Part shown: piece by piece, positions 19,234-29,700 of the stretch
Layout: each line of letters begins with the position of its first letter
How positions within the stretch are numbered: the first letter of the stretch is position 1
Virus record (IMG/VR): IMGVR_UViG_3300040815_002492
Span: 1-30,969 of that record
Source of the DNA: a virus
Taxonomy: Duplodnaviria; Caudoviricetes
Length of the DNA stretch: 30,969 nucleotides
Strand: one strand, 5' to 3'
Translations under genes and position numbers: made by a program
The notes under the pieces: generated by a model
The model's database searches: none
Seen by the model: only the letters and a program-made list of their open reading frames with translations
Told to the model about the DNA's origin: nothing

Positions 19234-20430
19234 TTATTGATTTTTATATCTAATGACTACTAAACCAGGACCACCTTCGCCAGATTGTGTGTTTGACCAA
19301 AAGCCGCCTCCGCCGCCACCGCCTGTATTAGCAGTACCTGGATTCCCCGCGTTAGAACCTGTTCCAGCTTGTCCGCCACCAAAAGCATTTAGTCCGCCAC
19401 CGTGTGCTCCAGATAGCCCATAGTGACCGTACCCACCGGGACTGTGGGTGCCTGCGCCGCCGCCGCCCGCATAACGAGTGAGTGTTCCTGATATTTGACT
19501 TGCTAGTCCTGAGCCACCGGTGCCCATTTCGTTACCGCTAGATGTTGGCTTACCTGAACTACCTGCGCCACCGCCGCCACCGCCGCAGTGAATAGTACTA
19601 GAACCAGCTGCCCAACCAAATCCGCCTCCGTGTGCTCCAAATCCTCCTGGGTGTCCTTGTCCAACTGTTCCGCTACCGTAACCGTTTCCTTCCATACTAA
19701 TATGGTCGTTATTGTTTCCAGTAGGTGTTCCTTGTAGGGTTTCGTTTGGCATTCCTGCTAGCCAAGGATGTGCTGCGCCTTGACTTCCATGACCGCCAGG
19801 TGCTTGTGGCCACCAACCGCCTTCGCCACCGGAACCTGGAGCATGTCCTCCTGGACCACCGCCTCCAGAACCTCCACTACAAAATCTAATAACACTATGA
19901 TTTGATGTGTAAGAACTTCCTCTACCGCCGCCGACAGCATTATATTGTTGAGGTATGCCTGGACCTACAACACTGCTAGGATTGCCCGGATTCTGATTAT
20001 TAGCGTTGTGTTGAGTTTCACGTGATCCGCCAGTACCAACATTTATAGTATAGTTGCCTGCTGGTAAACTAGCTTGTGATTCGTATATCATGCCGCCAGC
20101 GCCGCCGCCTCCACCGATCTGTGCGCCACCGCCACCGCCGCCTACAACTAGCACTTCTACTTGTCCTGGATATTGCATAGTAAACGTTGTAGATCCACTA
20201 GTAAATGTGTGTATTCTGTAGCCGCCACTTGTTGTTATAGATCCGCCAGTAGCATATGCAGAACCTTCTAATGTAACCCATTGAGTACCATTGTATACTT
20301 CGTTTCTAGCAGTATCTGTATTATATCTCATCATTCCTGGTTGAGGTGTGCTAGGTCTTTGAGAAGTATTACCGCTCGGTAACTGTATAAATCCTGTATC
20401 GTTTACTGTAACATTTTTTAATTGTGCCAT
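19234..20430 (-). CDS. Glycine-rich virion/fibre protein, paralog A (398 aa)
   Basis: Shared N-terminus MAQLKN.TVNDTG...RP...RYNTD...W, then GGYRIHTFT, VLVVGGGGGG, poly-Gly blocks and a C-terminal GGPG.V.IRY. Confidence 0.8.
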   Translation of the reverse strand: MAQLKNVTVNDTGFIQLPSGNTSQRPSTPQPGMMRYNTDTARNEVYNGTQWVTLEGSAYATGGSITTSGGYRIHTFTSGSTTFTMQYPGQVEVLVVGGGGGGAQIGGGGGAGGMIYESQASLPAGNYTINVGTGGSRETQHNANNQNPGNPSSVVGPGIPQQYNAVGGGRGSSYTSNHSVIRFCSGGSGGGGPGGHAPGSGGEGGWWPQAPGGHGSQGAAHPWLAGMPNETLQGTPTGNNNDHISMEGNGYGSGTVGQGHPGGFGAHGGGFGWAAGSSTIHCGGGGGGAGSSGKPTSSGNEMGTGGSGLASQISGTLTRYAGGGGAGTHSPGGYGHYGLSGAHGGGLNAFGGGQAGTGSNAGNPGTANTGGGGGGGFWSNTQSGEGGPGLVVIRYKNQ

Positions 20431-20433
20431 TTT

Positions 20434-21522
20434 TTAAACCCTATACTTTACTATTACTACACCTGGACCGCCTGAACCTGCAGGGTTTTCGCCGCCTGGA
20501 TGACCACCGCCACCGCCACCGCCACCGCGATTTACACCGCCAGCAGTTGCCACTTGTGCTCCATTTTTACCACTATTTCCGGTGCCATCTTCTGCACCTC
20601 CTGGATCAGGTCCGTGACCGTATTGTGGAGCAATGTGTTGGCCACCTGCTCCGCCAGCAGCATAAATTACGTTACTACCACCGATTGCATTAGTAATTCC
20701 TTTACCACCAACAACACGCACCCAGTTTGAATATCTACTAATACCTCTAGATCCTGCGCCGCCACCTGCACCGCCTGCGTGTGTTGCGCCTGAGCCTTGG
20801 CAACCTGGATTTGGATAGCCTGGACCACTACCATGGTGTCCATAACCTCCTGGATGTCCTTGTCCTATTTGACCTGTGCCGCCTGGGTGTTCTCCTGGGT
20901 AACTAGTATATACTGTACCAGAACTACCATTGCCGCCTGGCCCGCCACCGCCAGAACCTCCGCTCATACCTCCAACTGGGGTTCCGCCAGCATAGTATCC
21001 GCCTTTGCCACCGCCTGTAGCAGTTATGCTTGCTGTAGGTCCGACAAACGTTGATGGACCGCCTGGTGTGCCTTCGTCTGAATAGTGGTGGTTGCCGCCA
21101 TTACCGCCGCCACCTCTAGTAACATTATAACTGGCTCCACCTTCAATTTTCATAGCTGATTCGTATACATAACCGCCTGCACCGCCGCCGCCACCGATAG
21201 GGGCACCACCACCACCAGCGCCTACAACTAGTATTTCTGCTCTTCCAGTGTAGGGTGCTGTAAATGTACCGCTATTAGTAAATGTGTGTATTCTGTAACC
21301 GCCTGCTGTGGTTATGCTTCCTCCAGTTGCAATAGTACCGCCGCTCGAAGAACTGATGCTACCATCTACTGATCTCCATACTCCGTTAGTGTATTGTTCA
21401 ACTTTATTTGTATCAGTGTTATATCTTAGATCGCCATTAACACTAGCTCTTTGTGCAGTATTTCCGGTAGCTGCTTGTAAAGATCCTGTATCGTTAACCG
21501 TTAAATTTTTTAGTGTTGCCAT
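20434..21522 (-). CDS. Glycine-rich virion/fibre protein, paralog B (362 aa)
   Basis: Same framework as paralogs A and C with different inter-Gly loops. Confidence 0.8.
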   Translation of the reverse strand: MATLKNLTVNDTGSLQAATGNTAQRASVNGDLRYNTDTNKVEQYTNGVWRSVDGSISSSSGGTIATGGSITTAGGYRIHTFTNSGTFTAPYTGRAEILVVGAGGGGAPIGGGGGAGGYVYESAMKIEGGASYNVTRGGGGNGGNHHYSDEGTPGGPSTFVGPTASITATGGGKGGYYAGGTPVGGMSGGSGGGGPGGNGSSGTVYTSYPGEHPGGTGQIGQGHPGGYGHHGSGPGYPNPGCQGSGATHAGGAGGGAGSRGISRYSNWVRVVGGKGITNAIGGSNVIYAAGGAGGQHIAPQYGHGPDPGGAEDGTGNSGKNGAQVATAGGVNRGGGGGGGGHPGGENPAGSGGPGVVIVKYRV

Positions 21523-21524
21523 GA

Positions 21525-22550
21525 TTAATCCCTATATCTTACAATAACTACGCCAGGTCCACCCGGGCCACCGCCTTGTGGTTCTGGACTGTACGGGCCG
21601 CCACCTCCACCGCCACCTAAGTTTGTTCCGCCTGCTTGACCGTTTTGTCCTGGTAATGTGTTTCCTAAACTTCCTCGTCCTGCGAGAGTAGCAACGCCGT
21701 GATTAGGGCTGTGATAACCTCCACCACCGCCGCCAGCTCTCCAAACTACACTGCCGCCGATATTAGAAGCCATTCCTTCGCCGCCGCGACCTTGTTGGTT
21801 TCTATTAGATCTACCATATCCCATAGTTCCGGCTCCTCCACCACCGCCTCCGCCGTAGTGTGTTCCGGTAGGTGTGCCATTGTAGTGGACGCCTATTCCT
21901 CCTGGGTGGCCTTCGCCTGCTGTACCAGCTGCTCCTAGATGATAAGTCTGTGGGCCGCCGTTCCAGCCCGGGCCGCCGCCACCTGAGCCGCCGCCGCTAT
22001 TAGGTTGGCTGCCTGGCGGATAGTGACAACCTCTTCCGCCGCCTGTTGTAGTAATTCCGACTGGGGTCCCGCCGCCGAATGTTGACGGATTACCTGGAGT
22101 TGCGTTGTTAGCACTGTGACTAGAACATCCGTTGCCGCCTGTTCCAATTACAGTTGGGTATGATGTTCCGGCTACTACGGGCACCCCGCTTACGTAAGCA
22201 TAACCGCCTGCGCCACCACCGCCACTAATACTATGGCCGCCGCCACCTCCGGCAACAACTAGCACTTCTACTACACCGTCTTTCGATGGAACAAATGTAT
22301 CAGTGCCGCTAGTAAATGTATGTATACGGTATCCGCCACTTGTTGTTATGGAGCCGCCTGTACTACCACTACCTGCGGCTGCTTCTTCAACCCTAACCCA
22401 GGCAGTTCCGTTCCAATATTCGTTTGAAGAAATATCAGTATTATATCTTAACATTCCGACTGTAGGACTGCCCGGTCTTTGAGCACTATTACCACTTGGT
22501 AATCTAATAAATCCTGTATCGTTAACTGTAAGATTTTTTAACTGAGCCAT
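21525..22550 (-). CDS. Glycine-rich virion/fibre protein, paralog C (341 aa)
   Basis: Same framework; coupled to the upstream fibre gene (TAATG on the - strand). Confidence 0.8.
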   Translation of the reverse strand: MAQLKNLTVNDTGFIRLPSGNSAQRPGSPTVGMLRYNTDISSNEYWNGTAWVRVEEAAAGSGSTGGSITTSGGYRIHTFTSGTDTFVPSKDGVVEVLVVAGGGGGHSISGGGGAGGYAYVSGVPVVAGTSYPTVIGTGGNGCSSHSANNATPGNPSTFGGGTPVGITTTGGGRGCHYPPGSQPNSGGGSGGGGPGWNGGPQTYHLGAAGTAGEGHPGGIGVHYNGTPTGTHYGGGGGGGAGTMGYGRSNRNQQGRGGEGMASNIGGSVVWRAGGGGGGYHSPNHGVATLAGRGSLGNTLPGQNGQAGGTNLGGGGGGGPYSPEPQGGGPGGPGVVIVRYRD

Positions 22551-23422
22551 TACGTTTTCCTTTTTAGGGTTTCTATTTCGTTGTTAAGTGTTTTTATTGC
22601 TTCAATAAGATACGCAGTTAGTTTAGTATATTTAATACCTACAACATCACCATTAGTATCTCGTGTAACTAACTCTGGTAGTACTTTTTCAGTCCATTCA
22701 GCAATTAGTCCACTTTCGTGTTCTTTACTGTCTAAACGATCGTATGTAACACCTTTTAATTGTAAAATTTTATCTAGGGCGTCTTGTATAGGATTAACAT
22801 TTTCTTTTAATGCAATACTTGAAGTTTCAACAATACTTACTGCTGTCATTTGTCCGCCGATTCCAGCGCCGCCTGCAACGATTAACGCACCTGTACTAGT
22901 TGAACTTGACGCTGTACTTGCTGATAATGTAGTATTACCAACAGTCAATCTACCTGTTGCGGAGCTTGCATTAGGAGTATAATAAAATCTAGTGCCGTCT
23001 GCTACACTTAACGTATTTTCAGAACCGGTACTTTGATCTGACATTGCAATAAAATAATTATTGCTATCTGCTGTAGTTCTATTTGTAACTGCTAGTCCAG
23101 CTGCGGTCCAACTTAAATTTCCGTTGCCGTCAGTTTTTAATACTTGATTAGCATCGCCGTCATCTGCTGGCAATGTTAGGGTATAGTTTGCTGACAGTGC
23201 CGACGGTGCTTTAATAGCTGCATAGTTAGTATCGCTGTCGCCGAATCTAAAACCAGCATTTGAACTGGTATACAAGTCTTTAGTAAACTCTGTAACACCT
23301 GTACCGTCTGGAGTAAAAACAATATTTGTGTTAGCTTCAACTGACTCAAATGCGTTAGCTAGTGTAGCCAAGTTTCCTAACACTTGGCCTCCTACTCTTC
23401 CTGATGTAATTCTTCTTGGCAT
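22550..23422 (-). CDS. Tail-fibre protein with C-terminal intramolecular chaperone (peptidase S74-like) domain
   Basis: YTLTLP..DG...QVL.TDG.GNLSW, STSTGAL.V.GG.GIGG, then SSIALKENV.PI..AL.K...L.GV.Y...GLIAE....LPELV...Y..L...LIEAIK and a coiled-coil end. Confidence 0.85.
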   Translation of the reverse strand: MPRRITSGRVGGQVLGNLATLANAFESVEANTNIVFTPDGTGVTEFTKDLYTSSNAGFRFGDSDTNYAAIKAPSALSANYTLTLPADDGDANQVLKTDGNGNLSWTAAGLAVTNRTTADSNNYFIAMSDQSTGSENTLSVADGTRFYYTPNASSATGRLTVGNTTLSASTASSSTSTGALIVAGGAGIGGQMTAVSIVETSSIALKENVNPIQDALDKILQLKGVTYDRLDSKEHESGLIAEWTEKVLPELVTRDTNGDVVGIKYTKLTAYLIEAIKTLNNEIETLKRKT

Positions 23423-23432
23423 GACTTATTCC

Positions 23433-23768
23433 TTACGCTGTTGCGGTTTCTATACCGTATACCATTACTGCTGTGTTTGCAGCAGACGAACGTGCATATA
23501 CTTGTCTGCTTGCATCAATAACAAGGCCAGTTCTTTCTAATACACCGTTTGGTAGTATTTCTGTTTCGTATTCTAAATAATCATCCGCAGCAGGTATTGT
23601 AACACCTAATGGGTCTGTTTTTGCTACTGCTAGTCTAACAGTAATGCTAGTTGCATTTTTATTACAGATACTTACAGTAACAACACTGAACGTATCTGCT
23701 GGTACAAGATAAATTCCTGTGTATGTTGTTGCTGCTAGATCCGCTGATCCTAAAATTCCGTTTGCCAT
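23433..23768 (-). CDS. Small virion structural protein (111 aa, putative)
   Basis: Beta-rich ORF with GGAG RBS inside the structural operon. Confidence 0.65.
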   Translation of the reverse strand: MANGILGSADLAATTYTGIYLVPADTFSVVTVSICNKNATSITVRLAVAKTDPLGVTIPAADDYLEYETEILPNGVLERTGLVIDASRQVYARSSAANTAVMVYGIETATA

Positions 23769-23788
23769 TTTTTTATCTCCAATTTAAA

Positions 23789-26700
23789 TTATCTCAAGAA
23801 GTAGTTGTATGCTAGCGGTAGTCCAAGTACTGTTCCGTTAAACACTACGTTTGCATTAATATTTATCGGACTTCCGCTAAGTGTTGTAATAGTGTTACCG
23901 CCAACAAATATATCGCCAGCTGTAACGCTATTTACGTTTAGTGTTGCACCACCGCCACCAATTTGTGACTCAATATATGCTTTAATTGCACGTTGAGTTG
24001 GTACTACGGTATCACTGTTTGCAGTAAAGAACGGGTCTGTACTAAACTCGTTAATACTTGCCGAGTTACCTCCTAGTGTAACTTCACCTAGACTTAGTTC
24101 TTGTAGACCTGCAATGTTAAATGCATCAGCATTCAATGTTGCAACACCAGTCGATTGCTCAATTGTAAACAAGTCACCTACTCTAAAGTTACCGTCTTGG
24201 TCAGTAGCAGTGTAGAATACTCGTCCGCCGTTAAAATCATTAGTTTCTTTGGCTTGGTCTGGTGTGTTAACAGGTATACCTGGGTAATTAGTTTCTGTAA
24301 ATCCTCCAGTACCGATATCTAAGAAATCGTGTCCTGTTAGACGTACTTGCGAGAATCTAATACGCATTTCTACATCATCACCGTCAGGTAAATCATCTTC
24401 TACTGAAATATTTGGTGATATTTGTAAGAAGCCGGTATAACTGCCGTCTTCTGTACCTAAGAAGCTAACAACATTAACAAGTTTATAAAACTCTCCAGGT
24501 AAGTTAGCAAACTCAACGTTTGAACCATTTACTGGACGAGATGTCATTCTACGTACAGCAATGAATGCTCCAGCTTGTGGGAAGTCTGCATTACCGTTTG
24601 AATTCTGTCCATCAATTTCGGCGGCTGCACTAATAAATCCTGTTCCTCTATTAACAAATGTTGGATTAGCTAATACTCCACTTCCAATTTGCGGAGTTAG
24701 AACAACGTTGTCAACGTTGTTAGGATCTACTATAGTAACTGTCGGTGCGCTTGTGTATCCGCTGCCAGGTTCTGTAATTCTAATAGCAAAAACTTGCTCG
24801 TTTGCTACGCTTGCTCTTGCTTTTGCTGGTGTATTAATCTTAGCAGTATTACCGCCTGTTCCTGCTGCGTTTGGAAGTATTACAAACTTACCTACTCTAC
24901 TTGGATTACCAAATGCTATAGCATTATAACCGCCTGCAATAGTAGTTGATAGAGTGTATGCCTGCCAGTACAAACCATCTTGACTGTATTGAACTTCGTT
25001 TGTATCATCACTTGTAATAACAAACGTACCTTGTCCATATGCTAGTTTGCGTTCCGTAGCAGTTAATGGAAGTGATAATGCATTCTGGTACCATGTAATA
25101 CCGTCTAGTGAGTACATAATACCGTTTGTGCCACCAAGTGTTATAAACTTACCATTGCCCCAGACTACTGAGCCGCCAGTACCTGTTCCAGGCATTGTCA
25201 CGGTAGTCCATGTTATACCATCAACTGAATATGCTGCATCTGTAGTTCCTGCTTTAATAGCTACCCACTTGCCAGTGCCGTATGTAATGCAATCGTATCC
25301 TACTGCATCTAATGCATCAGTAGTTAATGTCCAAGTTGCACCGCCGTTGTCTGAGTAAGCAACATCTCTATCAGCAGAACTAATAACAACAAATCTATTT
25401 GAATTTGTGCCTATAACATTACCAAATTCTACTCTAGTTTCTGCACCAGTATTAAATCCTACTGGTAATGTTGAAGTGCTCCATGTATCTGCATCGTCTG
25501 AGTATGCAACAGTAGAGTCGCCATCTGCTACTACAACAACAGCACTTGGTTTGAACGTACTTGACCCGTCGTCTTGTAGTCCATCTGCAATGCTTGACCA
25601 ATTTCCGCTGCCTAGTGCAGGAAGAACTTCAGCAGTCCAAGTATCGCCGTTAACACTTACTGCACCGTTAGTTCCGGCTCCTACTGCTAGGAATTTACCT
25701 GATTGTGCAGTTCCAGCAAAATCATATTCAACAATAGCACCTGTTACACTGTTTACAGAAGTTACAGTAATTGTAATGTCGTTTGCTGAGCTTGCGCCAT
25801 CTAAGTCTGTTCCTACAATAGTTAGTGTATCAAGTCTTGTATAGCCTGTACCTGCTGCATTAGTAGTTAGATAGTACTTGCTTCCGTTACGTGTTACATC
25901 AAAAGTTGCACCTATACCATTACCACTAGTTGTTGTTGCAACGCCTGTATACTGTGCTGCTGTTTCGATCCATTCAACATCATTCCATGTGGTTGATGTC
26001 GGTAATGTATGTGCAGCATCTGAGTTGGTAGGTGCGGTTACTTGTACTCTTGGTTCAATTTGATATGTTGACGAACTGTTAGGTGCAACGATCGGAGTTC
26101 CTGGAACAATATGATCCCATCCTGCAACGCCGTCACTTTCTCTTACTACCGTAGCTTCTTTAGAACCTGCGTTATATGTAGATATAATACCATATTGTCC
26201 AATACCAGCAGCACCAATAATATAAATTTTCATTCCAATATATGCTGAACTCAATGAACCATCGGTTGCTGCAAGGAATATGCCTGTTAAGCTACCACTC
26301 TGTGCAACGTTACTTGCTAATACATACCCGCTACCGCCTAGTGGAACATCTGGATCTGGATCTTGATCAATATAAGCATAGTTAAACGCACCGTCACGGA
26401 ATTCATCTACAACAATAACTTCATCTGCACCTGGTCCAAAAATGTTAACTACAGCTTCAGTATAATCATTACCTGCATGAGTATATTCTAGATTTAATAA
26501 TCCTACACTATCGGTGGTAACCTCAGAAATAGTAGCGTTATATTGTGTGCGGTTATCAACAACAGCAGTAACTGGTGTTTCGTCTGGGTCAACTCCTGTT
26601 GCTACTGAACCAAAGTCACCGTATGAGTTGTTACCGTTTGTTGCACGTACTCGTCCACCTGTTTCAGCTAGGTAACCAATGTGTGAGTAGTATGTGAACA

Positions 26701-29700
26701 CTGACACAAGTTCTGCTCTACCGTTGTTTAGTATGTGAGCACCAATACCGTCACTAATAACTTGTGTAAAGTCGTTTGACACAAATGAGTCGTTGCCGCC
26801 GTTATGTAAAGCACCGTCAATTTTTTGTCCAGTTGCAGCATTACCAAATGTAGTAACACCCTGGATGTACGGTGAACGTGTAATAATCCAAGTACGGAAG
26901 TCGTCTGGACCCCAACCTGGATCTAAAGATGCATAAGCGCCTGCTGATACTTTACTATAACCATATGTATTTTCTGGTAGTAGTTGTCCGTTTAGACCAT
27001 TTAGTGTACAGTTTCTTAAACCGGTAGCGTCTCTTAAGTAGAACATATCTTCTTCTTGAGAGCCTGTTACTGAGTTGTTGTAGAAACGTGCTACATATCT
27101 AGAAGCATAGTTGCCTGGATACATTAAATCAAATTTTAGTGCATCAATATAATAATCTACATCTCTTAAGCAAAGAGATTCGTTGTATACATAACCAAAC
27201 CAAATGCTTCCTATCGATGCATTTGTAATTTGTTCGTCAATCCAAGCACTTACTTCAGCTTTAATAAATTCTCTATTACGTTCTAGCTGTAGCATTGCGT
27301 AGTATGCATTTTGATCTTCAGTTTGACATACGCTACCTTCGTTGGTTGCGCCAAACAATACTGCATCAATAATTCTTGCACTTGCAGTAATTCTTGAAAT
27401 AGCAGTTGCATCACTTGCAACATTTGCTATTGCACCGTCAGTTGGATCTAATAGTGCATATTGAATAGCTTCTCTTGTGGCAGTTTTTTGGCCGCCTGTG
27501 TAAACTTCTAGTGCAGTTTTGCGCAAATAAGCATGGGCTGCTTTTAATGTTCTGTAGTTGCTGTTTATTGCAAAATCAAAGCCAACTGCTTCTAAAATTT
27601 TGCCAACATCTCTTTCACATTTCGCACTGTTGTACACTAATGTTGGATAGTTAGCAGTGATCCAACTAGTTGTATCAGTCTTAATTGTAGCTGTTGCACT
27701 ATCTAATGCACCTTTAGCAGCAATTAACGCTGTTGTTGAGTTAACACCGTCTGCTAATGTTGGATTTACAAGTGTTACTGTAGTTCCTACTGCACTTGGT
27801 CCAGTGTTAATTATTTCAATGATATCTTCAACATTATTAGCAATTTCAGTAATACTACCAACATTACCTGTTAATACTTGAGGCTTTGCACTTTGATACG
27901 GAGACACAACAGTAGTATTACCTGCTACACTCTGTGCTGTTGTTTTAAGATAATTTATAGCAGCAATAGTTTGTGTTTTAATAGAAGCTGGCAATTGATC
28001 TTGCGTATTATCATCACCGTCCCAATATGCTAATCCAGTAACAACTGCTAAACTATTACCGCCATATGTTAAATCGTATACTAACGAGTCAAGTATGTAA
28101 CCTGCATCTCTCTTTGTATCAGTTTTACCATACTTTAGTGTTGGATATTCATCGTCTAAGTATGCAATTACTTCTGCAAGCAAGAAATTTTTGTTTGCTA
28201 TAATATTTTCTCTAGCATTTTCTAAACTTGAACTGTAACCTGTAGGATCTGTTACGTATCCTGCATTCATTGTATTTAGGCCATAATCAATCTGATATTT
28301 CATCAGATCAACTAGGCTTTCTACAGTAGCTTCTTGTGTTGCTACTGCATATGGCCAATTTTTATCTTGTAGTATAACGTTGTTTGTTGACGGAGTTACC
28401 GTTGTTCCTACAACTACATCTCCTACGACACTTGCAATTCTATCAAAAGTATCTATTGTGTTCGGTGTATCAGTTTCTGGTGTAATTGCACTTTGTGCAA
28501 TAATCTTTGTTGAACGTAATTCGTCTCCGAGTATAGCACAGTATGCTGGTACTCTAATAGGAAGAACTTCAAAGTGTTCACCTGTTGATACTTTAACTAG
28601 TGTTTGCGGAACTTCGCGAGTCGGTATTGCACTAGTGTTACCAGCAGTGATTGTATCAGTAACTATTTTAATTAAACTTGTAATTTTAGTATAAACACCT
28701 TCTTCCGTTTCAAGTGTTGCACTAATAAATTGGTCAACAATTGCTGTAGAGTCATCAACTACATTTTGATAAATTGCTGCTGGGGCTTCATTTTTAAGAA
28801 CTGCATCGATAACTGTTAACATATAGTTATAAGCTGCAACTGACTGAGCTGCTTCTGCTGCTAAACCAGGCCCGCCATATACCTTATCTTCTGAAGCATC
28901 TGAAAACTCGCCTAGCGCACTAAATCCATTAACAAACGATAGTGCTGCTGCTCTTGTTTTTAAGTTGCCGCCATGACCGATATCCCATTTTAATCTATCA
29001 ACAATGTAACCTACATCGCGTTTACATTTGTCTTCACCGTATGTAAATCCACTCCAAATACCTGAGCCTGCTGTAATCTGTGCATTGATCCAAGATGCTA
29101 CTTCTTCTTGAATAAACACTCTATTCATTTCTAACAGATATTGTGCATTAGGATTCTTTGTACCTTTTTCAATTTGTTCACATGCGTAGCGAATTGATTT
29201 AAATGGTCTATCAATGCTGCTCCCTGATTCAGGAAACGGTCTATCAATTCCGTGTTCTGCAACATAATATATATCTTCTACTGATTGTAAGAATTCCCAA
29301 GTAGGAATACCAGTTGGACTCACTTGAAGAACTTGTCCTTCTAATCCAATCGGTAATCTAGTAGGAGCACTTCCGCTGTAGTATACTAAATCGCCTTCGG
29401 TTGTAAGAACACTTTGTTCTGAACCTATAGCAATAACTGCCCAATACTGACCACTGTCTGCTAAGTCTGGACGAGAACCTTCTGCTCCGCCGCCTGGCTG
29501 TACATCAGTTTCTGTTGAATAATCGTCGCCTTCTGAAATATGATATTTGGTGCAGTAATAACTGTTATCACCATATCGTACAACATCGCCTTCATAATAT
29601 TCTTGATCGTCTAACCACTCGCCTCTCCAACGGAAACCTTCATTGACTAATTTCCAATAGGTTGGATTTGGAGGCTGTTGTCCTTCTTCATGATCTAAAA

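Noticed and set aside
20424-20693. His/Arg-rich ORF (HRHRHRH) on the + strand
   Set aside because: It is an antisense shadow of poly-Gly codons in paralog B.
19234-22550. GC-rich CCGCCGCCA-type repeats as a CRISPR array, microsatellite or foreign island
   Set aside because: Fully explained by glycine codons on the minus strand; no constant repeat-spacer periodicity.
19234-22550. Diversity-generating retroelement acting on the Gly-rich paralogs
   Set aside because: No reverse transcriptase in the window and no near-identical template/variable pair differing only at adenines; the differences include indels.
23805-28694. Several + strand ORFs of 60-145 aa inside the giant gene, and similar short antisense ORFs elsewhere
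   Set aside because: They are antisense to well-supported genes and have no RBS or motifs; expected from codon bias.
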